A stretch of 64,000 nucleotides of DNA from Pseudomonadota bacterium. Its GTDB lineage: Bacteria > Pseudomonadota > Alphaproteobacteria > Kiloniellales > JACOMY01. Positions 52,111 through 60,993 of this stretch are shown piece by piece (the first letter of the stretch is position 1; each line of letters begins with the position of its first letter). The notes beneath the pieces are model-generated. The model was not told where the DNA came from, made no database searches, and saw only the letters and a program-made list of their open reading frames with translations. Both the position numbers and the translations under genes were made by a program. The stretch lies in contig JBCBSF010000005.1 in the NCBI GenBank assembly GCA_039819325.1, forward strand, positions 10,317 through 74,316, written 5' to 3'.

Positions 52111-54309
52111 CTAGAAAGACAGGGTGTAGCTGATGAGAGCCTTGAAGTTCCGGCCCATCTCGTTCGCGCCAGTAAAGACGGTCGAGTATTCCTTGTTCGT
52201 CACGTTATCCACGCCCAGCGCTACCTGCAGACCAGTGAGCGGCGTATCTCCGCTCGGCGCCCAGATCATGTAGAAGTCATGCAAGGTGTAGGGATCGCGG
52301 AACTCGTCTGGGTCGTCGGTCTTGTCGAACTCTTGGGCGTGGGTCAGCCGATAACCAGGATAGAGATCCAAGCCCTGGATCTTGGCCTGGAGGTCGAAGA
52401 CGACCCGATCCGGCTGCAAGCCGCCGACGGGTTCGCCGGTATCCAGATCCTTGCCGTCGATGATCGAGTAGGCGACAGAAGCGCGGGCCCAGGGCGTGTC
52501 GTAGAGGGCCTCGATCTCCGTGCCCTGCAACCGGGCGCGCGAGACATTCTCGATCGTCGTCGTGCCATCGCAGTCGCCTGGGATGAAGGGATTGCAGTCG
52601 ACAAAGAGGGCCGGCTGGTTGACCTGGGTTGCGATCAGATTGTCCGCCTTCGTCCGGAAGTAGCCACCCTTGAACTCGAAGTAGTCGCGATCCAGCAAGA
52701 AATCGTCGAACTGCAAACCCAGGCCCGCCTCGAAGGTGCGCGCCGTCTGTGGCTTCAGATCCGGGTTAGGCACGAAGCGGTTGATGATCGTATTCGAGCC
52801 AAAGGGAATCTCAAAGTGCACGCCAGTCAGGTAGAGGTCGTTGATGTTCGGCGCCGAGAAGGCCTCGGCGTAACTGCCGTAGAGCAGCAGCCAGTTCAAC
52901 GGGCTGTAGCTAACCCCGATCTTCGGCGAGAAGCGTGAGTCGGTCTGGTCGTTCCCTAGATTGCTGCTGGAGCGGAAGTAATCGAAGCGACCGCCCGGGA
53001 TGATGAGGAACTCACCCGGAAGACCAAGGGGCTCGCTCAGCGAGATCTCCGCCTGGACGAAGGCGCCGAAGTTGTTTTGCCTTGCGTCGGGAACGCCAGC
53101 CCGATCCCCGTCGGCACTGGCCCCATCCTGTTTGTCGCGGAAGTACTCGATCCCGTAGGTGACGATGACGTTGCTGTTATCCAGCGGCTGGAAGCGGGAG
53201 TCGTTCTGCAGCCGCAGGCCAATGGTGTTCAGCTTTCGCGTGACTGTCTCGCCAGTCGGTCCCAAGCCTTGCGCGTCCAAGCGCAACTCATCGACCGAAG
53301 AGTTCACGTAATAGACTTGGCCTTGGAAGTCGATCCAGGGCGAGGCGGGGTTGAAGTTGTAGATCGCCTGCGAGGTCTGGGCGGTGATGTCCTTGTCGAC
53401 CAAGTCAACACCGCCCTCACCTTGCCCGTTGTTGGGCTCTGTCGCGGAATCGTGGAAGCGCTGCCAGGAAAGCTCGATCCGGTGCGGGCCGGTGACGTAG
53501 CTGCCTTTCACCAGGCCGGAGATAATCTCGTCGTCCGACTGCAAGGTGCCGCCGCCACCCAGCTCAATATCGCCTGAGTCGCGGTAGACGAAGGAGCCTA
53601 AGAGATCCAAGCCCTCAATTGGGGCGGCGAAGAGCGATAGGCCGCTCGAGAGTTCATTGTTGCCGGTCTGGCCGCCGGCGAAGGTGCTGAAGCCATAGCT
53701 GTCGCCGGGCGCAAGAAAGTCGCTGGCATCTCTGGTGCGGAATTCGATGACGCCGCCCAAGCCGCCGGTGCCGTAGAGTGCCGAGTTGGCGCCGCGCACC
53801 ACCTCAACCGTTTCCAAGAGTTGCGGATCGACGAAGAAGCGGCCGTCATGGCCGCTGATGAAGTTCTGCCGGGCACCGTCCAGCAGGACGATCACGTCTT
53901 GGCCGGAAAAGCCGCGGATGACCGGGATCTCACCGGTACGGCGCGGCCCACCGGTGAAGACCACGTTCGGCACCTTGTTCAAGATGTCCGCTGGGCTAGA
54001 GGGGATGTCGCGTTGGATTTGATCTTGATCGATGACCGTGACCGAGCCTGGGTAATCAAAGGCGGTCACCGGATTGGTCGTGGCCGTGACCGTCACCGGC
54101 TGCATCCGCACTGCATCTCCCAGTCCTTCGACCGTAGCAGCGCCAGCATTGTCCGGCTCGCCGGCGCCGGTGGTGTCCTGAGCCTCAGAAGCCGTGGCCC
54201 ATAGCAGCGTGAGAGCGATCAAGAGCGAGGCCCCCAGAATGACGTGTCGAGCAGCCTCTTGCTGCTCTCGTCTCCGGACACTGCCGGAACAAACCCTCAT
54301 ACCAACCAT
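52111..54309 (-). CDS. hmuR: TonB-dependent heme/hemoglobin outer-membrane receptor
   Basis: 732 aa. Plug domain (VTVIDQDQI), terminal aromatic residue (...ISYTLSF) and beta-barrel repeats. Context is the hmu operon. Confidence 0.85.
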   Translation of the reverse strand: MVGMRVCSGSVRRREQQEAARHVILGASLLIALTLLWATASEAQDTTGAGEPDNAGAATVEGLGDAVRMQPVTVTATTNPVTAFDYPGSVTVIDQDQIQRDIPSSPADILNKVPNVVFTGGPRRTGEIPVIRGFSGQDVIVLLDGARQNFISGHDGRFFVDPQLLETVEVVRGANSALYGTGGLGGVIEFRTRDASDFLAPGDSYGFSTFAGGQTGNNELSSGLSLFAAPIEGLDLLGSFVYRDSGDIELGGGGTLQSDDEIISGLVKGSYVTGPHRIELSWQRFHDSATEPNNGQGEGGVDLVDKDITAQTSQAIYNFNPASPWIDFQGQVYYVNSSVDELRLDAQGLGPTGETVTRKLNTIGLRLQNDSRFQPLDNSNVIVTYGIEYFRDKQDGASADGDRAGVPDARQNNFGAFVQAEISLSEPLGLPGEFLIIPGGRFDYFRSSSNLGNDQTDSRFSPKIGVSYSPLNWLLLYGSYAEAFSAPNINDLYLTGVHFEIPFGSNTIINRFVPNPDLKPQTARTFEAGLGLQFDDFLLDRDYFEFKGGYFRTKADNLIATQVNQPALFVDCNPFIPGDCDGTTTIENVSRARLQGTEIEALYDTPWARASVAYSIIDGKDLDTGEPVGGLQPDRVVFDLQAKIQGLDLYPGYRLTHAQEFDKTDDPDEFRDPYTLHDFYMIWAPSGDTPLTGLQVALGVDNVTNKEYSTVFTGANEMGRNFKALISYTLSF

Positions 54310-54538
54310 TGTCCCCTCTCGCGTTTAGGCGTGATTGGCTGGCTGGCGTTGACCCACTGTCGGTGCGGGTGAAGGCTGGCGCGCTCATTGACGGTATCGC
54401 GGCAAGGGGCAGAGCTAGCGCCCCGTCTGTTTGCCGTCTTGGTGTCCTACCCGGCATGTGACCGGGCTCTTTGTTGCTGTACAGGTTTCACGCTGTCTTG
54501 CGCCGCATACACGGCAAGGATAGCGTCCGCGCTTTCTG

Positions 54539-54718
54539 CTACTTGGTCAGAATCAAGCCCCCTCTAGCAGTGCGGCGCAGGCGGTAGACTTCACCCCCAT
54601 GACGGATCATCACCTCCCTGGCTCCGCCGAAGAGCCACGCGCTGCTGGTCTCGCGCACCGGGCCCGGTTGTGCATCAGCACTCGGGCGCGTCTCACTACC
54701 GTTCTGCAGTCCCTCCAT
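54539..54718 (-). CDS. hemP: hemin uptake protein HemP/HmuP (59 aa, missing from the ORF track)
   Basis: Hand translation: MEGLQNGSETRPSADAQPGPVRETSSAWLFGGAREVMIRHGGEVYRLRRTARGGLILTK*. The C-terminal I-H-G--Y-LR-T--G-LILTK signature is diagnostic. GGGAG lies about 8 nt upstream of the ATG. Located upstream of hmuR. Confidence 0.8.
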   Translation of the reverse strand: MEGLQNGSETRPSADAQPGPVRETSSAWLFGGAREVMIRHGGEVYRLRRTARGGLILTK

Positions 54719-54761
54719 CTCTTCACTCCCTTCTTCGTCCTGGTGAGGGCTAAAGCGTTAA

Positions 54762-54782
54762 TGCAAGTCACTCGCACTTGCA
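54762..54782. promoter_or_regulatory. candidate operator in the hemP / tonB divergent promoter region
   Basis: Perfect 7-7-7 palindrome TGCAAGT-CACTCGC-ACTTGCA centred in the 125-bp hemP-tonB intergenic region. Confidence 0.35.
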
Positions 54783-54843
54783 AGCCTGGTCTTCTGCTTG
54801 CTATGCAGCCTGTCGGCGAGTCAAGAGGAACGGCACCCGGTCC

Positions 54844-56673
54844 ATGATAGTTAAGCGGCTCAGCGCAGCGCGCGCCGGGAATGAAGCGAGACGGGATCCA
54901 ACACCCGAGCCGCTTGCCGCGCCCTATCGGCCGCTATCAGCCAGCCCTAAGGGCTTAGCGAACAAGCCCAAACCAGAGAGCCCGCGCGTGGTCGCCAAGA
55001 ACGCCGTACGCACCGCGACACCGCTGCCTGCAAGCCTTTGGGCGCCGGTTACGGCCTGGGCCGGCTCACTGGGCCTTCACGGACTATTGGTCGCAGTTCT
55101 CCTTGTAGGGCTTTTGTCCGAGCCGCCGGTGCTGGCACTCGCCGGCGGCCAGGGCGGCGATGGCACAAGCGCAGGCGGCCAAGGCGGAGGTGGTGCACAA
55201 GGCAACCCAGGCGAGATCGCCGTCGATATCGTCTTCCAGCCAGCCGCTGCCGACACTGCAGCCACTTACACAACGGCATCCGCACGCCCGCTGGCACCGG
55301 TGATCGATAGCAGCCTCGTGACAGAGGTCACACCGCTCGTGGATGCAGTGCCCGAGATCGCAGCCCCTCCAGAGCTCAAGACTCCGCCGATTTTCGAGAC
55401 GCAGGCGCTGCTAGAGACCACTCCAGTGCTTGAGACCCAGGCGATCGTCGAACCCCTGCCAGAGCTTGAAGCCCTACCGATGCCTGAAGCCCCACAGCTG
55501 TTGGACGCTTCCCCCGTCAGGGAGCCCGCAAGAGCAGTCGACATCGGCAGCCTTGCCGCTCTCCCGCAATCCACAGTCTCGTCAGAGCCGACCGAACTCT
55601 TCGGGCCCACAGAGCCGACCCAGCCTGTGGTGTCAGCAGAAGCGACCCAGCCTCTAGAAGCGGCGGAGCCGGTCCAGCCTTTGGAACCGACGGAGCCGAC
55701 ACAGGACGCTGTCTTGGAGACGCCTCCGCCTCTACCGACTGCGCCTTCTGACGTTAGCGCAGAACCAGACCTCTTGGCACAAGAGACACCACCCGTCTCC
55801 ACCAGGGCCGAGACCAGCGAACCTTCGCCAGTCCCAGACCTCTCGCCGCCCGAGCCGCTGCCCCAAACGGTCGCCGAATCGGTAGCCGAGACAGTGCCCG
55901 AGACAGTACCGCTTGCGGAGAGCCCAGCATCACCGCCCGAACCTCTCGAACTGGCGATGCAACCGGTTCCTGAAGCCGTCGATCCGGTGCTAGAGCCACC
56001 TGCCGTTCAAACCGCGTTGCTCCTCCCGCCTGACCCAACGCCAGAGCCGCAGCCGCCTGAGGTCCGTCCCGAGCAAGCCCCGCTCGCCCAGCCCTTAAGC
56101 AAGCCCAACCGCAGCGTCGAACTGGCGCAGCCACGCCGAGCAGCACCGCGGGTAAGCCAGCGCCAAGATCCAGCCCCACAACCACGCGCACCCGATCCCC
56201 CGCAGCCGACCAGCAGAAGCAGCGAGAGTCCACAGCCGGCCAGCCCGCAGCAGGCAACCACGACCAGCAGGACGCAAAGCAGCGGCAGTGCCGCCAGCAG
56301 TGCGGCGGCGGCAAACAGCGGCAGCGGCGGGACAGCTGGCAAAGCGGACGGCAATGCCGGCGGCAGCGGCCTCGCCGGCCCGACTGCTGGAGAGATGAAT
56401 AGCTATGCGGGTCGCCTGCGCGCGCTCTTGGAGCGGCACAAGCGCTATCCCCGCAGCTCGCAGCGCCGTGGAGAGGAAGGCACTGTCACCCTGCGCTTCA
56501 CCTTGGATAGCTACGGTCGTGTCGTGAGCCGGCGCATCGTCGGTTCCTCCGGTTACGACCGGCTCGACGACGAGGTGCTGGACATGCTGGAGCGCGCCAG
56601 CCCTCTACCGCGCCCACCGGGAAATCAGTCGCGGCTGTCACTTGCCATTCCGATCGTCTTCGATTTGCGCTGA
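54844..56673 (+). CDS. tonB: TonB-family energy transducer with very long Pro/Glu/Ala-rich linker
   Basis: 609 aa from the ATG at 54844; start uncertain, as the track ORF begins at 54778. TM helix (LGLHGLLVAVLLVGLL), about 430 aa of low-complexity linker, then a C-terminal TonB domain (YPRSSQRRGEEGTVTLRFTLDSYGRV...ASPLPRPP). Confidence 0.8.
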   Translation: MIVKRLSAARAGNEARRDPTPEPLAAPYRPLSASPKGLANKPKPESPRVVAKNAVRTATPLPASLWAPVTAWAGSLGLHGLLVAVLLVGLLSEPPVLALAGGQGGDGTSAGGQGGGGAQGNPGEIAVDIVFQPAAADTAATYTTASARPLAPVIDSSLVTEVTPLVDAVPEIAAPPELKTPPIFETQALLETTPVLETQAIVEPLPELEALPMPEAPQLLDASPVREPARAVDIGSLAALPQSTVSSEPTELFGPTEPTQPVVSAEATQPLEAAEPVQPLEPTEPTQDAVLETPPPLPTAPSDVSAEPDLLAQETPPVSTRAETSEPSPVPDLSPPEPLPQTVAESVAETVPETVPLAESPASPPEPLELAMQPVPEAVDPVLEPPAVQTALLLPPDPTPEPQPPEVRPEQAPLAQPLSKPNRSVELAQPRRAAPRVSQRQDPAPQPRAPDPPQPTSRSSESPQPASPQQATTTSRTQSSGSAASSAAAANSGSGGTAGKADGNAGGSGLAGPTAGEMNSYAGRLRALLERHKRYPRSSQRRGEEGTVTLRFTLDSYGRVVSRRIVGSSGYDRLDDEVLDMLERASPLPRPPGNQSRLSLAIPIVFDLR

Positions 56674-56713
56674 GGCTTGTCATTGGGCGAGACAGGTGCA
56701 AGCTAGCCCTTGC

Positions 56714-57604
56714 ATGCGCCCTGACAGTCTGATCCTGCTCTTCCACGCCATCGGTACGCCGGCTGAGACCGGCTATAAGGACGCGGTATCGGCGGAGGCC
56801 TTCGCCCAGGCGCTGCGCTGGCTTGGCGATCACTACCAGGTCTGCCCGCTGGACCAGCTGCTGCAGCGCCTGCAAGCTGGTCACTCGATCAGTGGTCAAG
56901 CCGCACTGACCTTCGATGACAACCACCGCAGCCTGGCTGAGGTCGCCTTGCCGCTGGCGGCGGCACAGGGCCTGCCCGCCACCTGGTTCATCATGACCGG
57001 GCCCTTGGCCGGCCGCCCCTTCTGGCGCCGGCGGCTCACAGCGCTGCAGGCCAGCGGCCAGGAAGCCGCCTTCCGCGCCTTTCTGTATGTGGAAGCACCG
57101 GCGGTGGCTGCGCGGCTGCGGCCCGGCAAGCTCTACAAGGACAGCAAAGACCCGGACCGGGTTTCCCCGGCGGAGATGGCACGGCTGCTGGCAGCCTTTC
57201 TGCCTGGCCAAGCCCCTGCTGAGGATCAGATCACCGCCGGTGAGCTAGCGTCGCTGCGGCTGCCGGGACTCACGCTTGGCAATCACTCGCGCGACCACCT
57301 GGTGATGGCCGGCCTCAGCGCCGAGGCGCAGGCGCAGGAGGTGGCGCGGGCATCGGAGAGCTTGGCGGCCTACCCGCAGCCCAAGAGCCGGCTCTTTGCC
57401 GTACCCTTCGGCGGCGCCAAGACCTACAACGCCGCGACGGCAGCTGCTGTGACGGCTGCCGGGCTGAGCGGCCTGGCGGTGACCGTCGACGGGCTCGCGG
57501 CGGCCGATGATCTCACCGCCCATCCAGAGCTAGAGCCCGGCCAGGGCCTCGCCCGCAGCCTCGCTCGCGCGCTCTTCTCTCAGTCGTCCATGCGGATGGA
57601 GTAG
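56714..57604 (+). CDS. polysaccharide deacetylase (NodB homology) family protein
   Basis: ALTFDDNHRS (the DD motif), ATWFIMTG and NHSRDH motifs. ATG at 56714. Confidence 0.7.
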   Translation: MRPDSLILLFHAIGTPAETGYKDAVSAEAFAQALRWLGDHYQVCPLDQLLQRLQAGHSISGQAALTFDDNHRSLAEVALPLAAAQGLPATWFIMTGPLAGRPFWRRRLTALQASGQEAAFRAFLYVEAPAVAARLRPGKLYKDSKDPDRVSPAEMARLLAAFLPGQAPAEDQITAGELASLRLPGLTLGNHSRDHLVMAGLSAEAQAQEVARASESLAAYPQPKSRLFAVPFGGAKTYNAATAAAVTAAGLSGLAVTVDGLAAADDLTAHPELEPGQGLARSLARALFSQSSMRME

Positions 57605-59451
57605 CCGACCTCCAAGGTGCGTCGCGGCGGCAGATCGAAACTGTCATTGCGGCGCTCGGCGTTGCGGACCAGCAGGCAGAAGAGGCTCAAAAGCGGGTCG
57701 CGCAGGCGGCGCCAATGCTTGGGCGCGATGGGGCGCTCGTGACCAACGACGTAGACCACGTTGTTGCTATCGATCTCCGCGTCGCGCAGCACCGGCCCCA
57801 GAAGCGAGGGCAGCGAGGTGGCTTGCATGTAGCCGATGTGCAGGTCGACACGCAGCAGGCGGTCGCCGACCCAGTGCGACTGCAGCCGTTCTTCCGCCGG
57901 CACCCGCGGACGCCCCTCGACCCGGACGGAGACCAGCACCAGGCCCTCGAAGACGCTGCCCAGCAGGCGGTCCATGTTGGCCAGTGGGGCCGGCGTGACG
58001 TCGCCGCCGCGGGTTAAGAAAATGCCCCAGCGCGGCACAGTCGCTGTCTTGGATTGCAGCGCCATGGCGAAGCTGCCCAGAGGCTCGGCATCGCGGCTTT
58101 GCGCCCTGTTGGCGCGGAGCATACCGACCCGCCAGGCAATCATCACCAGCATGGCGCAGCTTGCCAAGGAGAGAGGCAGCCAGCCTCCGGTCTCCAGCTT
58201 GGTGAGATTGGGGATGAAGTAGATGAGGTCGATGGTGAGCAGCAACCCACCCAAAGCCCAAGCGCCGGCTTTGTGCACTGCCCCCCGCTTCACGATGGCT
58301 GCGACGAAGAGAAGGGTGGTGGTGATCATGGCCGTCGCCACGGCAACGCCATAGGCATCGGCCAGAGCGTCGGACGAGCGGAACCCCAGCACCGCAGCAA
58401 TCGAAAGCGCCGCCAGACACCAGTTGATCGCCGGCAAATAGACGTGCGATTCATGAGTCTCGGCGGTGTGTACCACACGCAGCCGGACCAGCAGGCCGAC
58501 CTGCATGGCTTGTCGGGCCAGCGCGAAGACACCGGTGATGACGGCTTGCGAGGCGATCACCGTAGCCACCGCAGCCAGGATCACCAGGGGCAGGCGCAAG
58601 ACCTCCGGCGCCAGCAGGTAGAAGGGATTGCGGATGGCCGAGGGGTCGGACAGCAGCAGCGCCCCCTGCCCGAAGTAGTTCAGCAGCAGCCCTGGCATGG
58701 CGATGAAGAACCAGGCCCGCGCGATGGCCGGACGGCCAAAGCTGCCGAGGTCGGCATAGAGCGCCTCGCCGCCGGTGATGGTGAGGAAAACTGCGGCCAT
58801 GATGAGCGCCGCGCGCTCGGGATGGGTTTCCAGCAGGACGATCCCAAAGCGCGGGTCGAAGGCCTGCAACACCGATGGATTGCCGAGGATGGAGATGAAG
58901 CCCAAGATGCCCAGCACAGTGAACCAGACGAGCATGGCCGGCCCGAAGAGGGCGCCAATGCGGTGCGTGCCGGCGCGTTGAGCCATGAAGAGGCCAAGCA
59001 GCACTAGGACCGTGATCGGCACCACAGCGTGGTCCAGCACGGGCGCCACCACTTCCAGCCCCTCGACCGCGCTCAAGACCGAGATGGCAGGCGTGATAAC
59101 ACCGTCGCCGAAGAGCATGGCCGCACCCAATAGCGCGAAGAGCAGTAAGAAGCGGCCGCGTGGGTCGCTGCGCCGATGCAGGCCCAGCAGCGTAGAAAGC
59201 GCCAGGATCCCGCCTTCCCCATCGTTGTTCACCCGCAAGACCAGGCCGACGTACTTGAAGGAGACCGAGAGCGTGATGGTCCAGACGATGAGAGAGAGCA
59301 CGCCTAGGATCTGCAGAGCACTGTGCTCGCCGCCTGCCGCGGTCGCGGCCTCGCGGAAGGAGTAGAGCGGCGAGGTGCCGATGTCGCCAAAGACGATGCC
59401 AAGGGCCGCGACGGTGAGAGAGGCTTTGGCCTTCGTTAGGTTCTCGCCCAC
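57580..59451 (-). CDS. kup: KUP/HAK/KT potassium transporter
   Basis: ALGIVFGDIGTSPLYSF N-terminal signature. 623 aa from the GTG at 59451, which is preceded by GGAG. Confidence 0.9.
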   Translation of the reverse strand: MGENLTKAKASLTVAALGIVFGDIGTSPLYSFREAATAAGGEHSALQILGVLSLIVWTITLSVSFKYVGLVLRVNNDGEGGILALSTLLGLHRRSDPRGRFLLLFALLGAAMLFGDGVITPAISVLSAVEGLEVVAPVLDHAVVPITVLVLLGLFMAQRAGTHRIGALFGPAMLVWFTVLGILGFISILGNPSVLQAFDPRFGIVLLETHPERAALIMAAVFLTITGGEALYADLGSFGRPAIARAWFFIAMPGLLLNYFGQGALLLSDPSAIRNPFYLLAPEVLRLPLVILAAVATVIASQAVITGVFALARQAMQVGLLVRLRVVHTAETHESHVYLPAINWCLAALSIAAVLGFRSSDALADAYGVAVATAMITTTLLFVAAIVKRGAVHKAGAWALGGLLLTIDLIYFIPNLTKLETGGWLPLSLASCAMLVMIAWRVGMLRANRAQSRDAEPLGSFAMALQSKTATVPRWGIFLTRGGDVTPAPLANMDRLLGSVFEGLVLVSVRVEGRPRVPAEERLQSHWVGDRLLRVDLHIGYMQATSLPSLLGPVLRDAEIDSNNVVYVVGHERPIAPKHWRRLRDPLLSLFCLLVRNAERRNDSFDLPPRRTLEVGYSIRMDD

Positions 59452-59805
59452 AGCTCCGCCGTCCCCCAAGCGCTCGCTTCGCCGCTGTCTCCCAGAAAAA
59501 CCTGTGAGGCACCAGCGAGGCAAGCGGCTTGCCCGCCAAAGGGTGATCCGTCGCACCTGCGCGCCAGATCGACACCACTGGCGGCTAGGGACAGCAACCT
59601 CCGCAAAGGGCGGTATTCCCTGGCTTCCGCGTCAAGTTGACTATGTCAAGATACCACTTGCATGCGGCAGGCCTCTTGCGACAGGATGCAACTCGGGGAT
59701 TTGGAAGGCTTGCGCCATCGTTCATCCGGCCCTGATAAAGGGTCCAGTCAAGAAGACTATCTCTAAAGCGATGTCCCGCAGCTCCACTCCTGGTGTGGTC
59801 GTAGC

Positions 59806-60993
59806 ATGTCCCCTGCCCAAATCACTCTCAACGACGACGCCGACATCATTCTCGTTGGTGGCGGCCTGGTGGCCGGCATTCTGGCGCTCCGGCTCGCACA
59901 GCTGGAAGAGCCCCCGCGCATCCTGATCCTGGAAGCTAGCGAACGGGCTTTTGGCGACAAGACCTGGTCGCTGCAGGCGACCGACATCGCGCCGGAAGAC
60001 GAGGCCTGGCTGGCACCGGCCTTCTTCGCCCGCTGGCCCCGCCAAAGGGTCCGCTTCGAGCGCTTGGATCGCGAGCTGGAGAGCGGCTACGCCTCGACGA
60101 ACTCCGCGTCCCTGTCGGCGGCAATCGCCGCACAGGGCAACCTGACCTTGGCGACGGGCACCAAGGTCGAGGCCATAGCGAGCGATCACGTGGTGCTGGC
60201 GGATGGGCGGCGCCTGGACGCTGGCTGTGTCATCGATGCGCGTGGTCACATGGCCAGCGATGCCATGACCCTGGGCTATCAGAAGTTCGTCGGCTGGATC
60301 GTCGAGACGGCAGCACCGCATGGCATCGACCATCCGCTGATCATGGACAGCACGGTCACCCAGATCGACGGCTTCCGCTTCGTCTACCTGCTGCCTTTCA
60401 GCCCGACGCGCCTCCTCATCGAGGACACGCGCTACGCCGACGGCCCCGAACTGGATGCAGCGGCGATCGAGGCCTGTATCGGCGACTACGCTAAGGCGCG
60501 CAGCTGGCAGATCACTGAGGTGGTGCATCGCGAAACCGGCGTCTTACCGATCGTCCTGGCCTTCGACCCTGCCCGCTTCGAGGCCAACCGCGGCGACCTG
60601 CCGAGCCTCGGTATGCGCGCTGGGCTCTTTCATGCCACCACCGGCTACTCCCTGCCCGACGCGGTACGCAGCGCCAACCTGGTGGCCGAGGCCTGGCCAA
60701 CCAGCAGTGCTGCCCTAGCTGAACGCTTGCGGGACTACGCTCAGCGGCGCGCGCGCGTGCAGTCCTTCTACCGCTTTCTCAATCGTATGCTCTTTACCGC
60801 AACCGAACCGGAGAGACGTCACCTGGTCATGCAGACCTTTTATCGCCTCCCCCTTCCGATCATTGAGCGCTTCTACGCGGGCCGCACCACCCGCTTCGAC
60901 ATGCTGCGTATCCTCGGCAGCTTTCCACCGGTCCCCATCCGCAGAGCCGTCCCTTGCATCCCAGAGCCCGCCGTACGGCCCGCCGAGCGATGA
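59806..60993 (+). CDS. crtY: lycopene beta-cyclase
   Basis: DIILVGGGLVAGILALRL dinucleotide fold and the overall CrtY pattern (FVGWIVE, FVYLLPFS, TGYSLP). 4-nt ATGA overlap with crtI. Confidence 0.85.
   Translation: MSPAQITLNDDADIILVGGGLVAGILALRLAQLEEPPRILILEASERAFGDKTWSLQATDIAPEDEAWLAPAFFARWPRQRVRFERLDRELESGYASTNSASLSAAIAAQGNLTLATGTKVEAIASDHVVLADGRRLDAGCVIDARGHMASDAMTLGYQKFVGWIVETAAPHGIDHPLIMDSTVTQIDGFRFVYLLPFSPTRLLIEDTRYADGPELDAAAIEACIGDYAKARSWQITEVVHRETGVLPIVLAFDPARFEANRGDLPSLGMRAGLFHATTGYSLPDAVRSANLVAEAWPTSSAALAERLRDYAQRRARVQSFYRFLNRMLFTATEPERRHLVMQTFYRLPLPIIERFYAGRTTRFDMLRILGSFPPVPIRRAVPCIPEPAVRPAER

Noticed and set aside
54599-54847. 82-aa plus-strand ORF in the hmuR-tonB intergenic region
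   Set aside because: It has no motifs or ribosome-binding site. The opposite strand encodes a textbook HemP (59 aa), which explains the open frame.
55250-56400. Reiterated short motifs at the DNA level, considered as a tandem-repeat locus or degenerate CRISPR-like array
   Set aside because: The repeats are imperfect and of irregular length. They lie in frame within the Pro/Glu-rich linker of TonB. There are no constant repeat units or spacers and no cas genes in the window.
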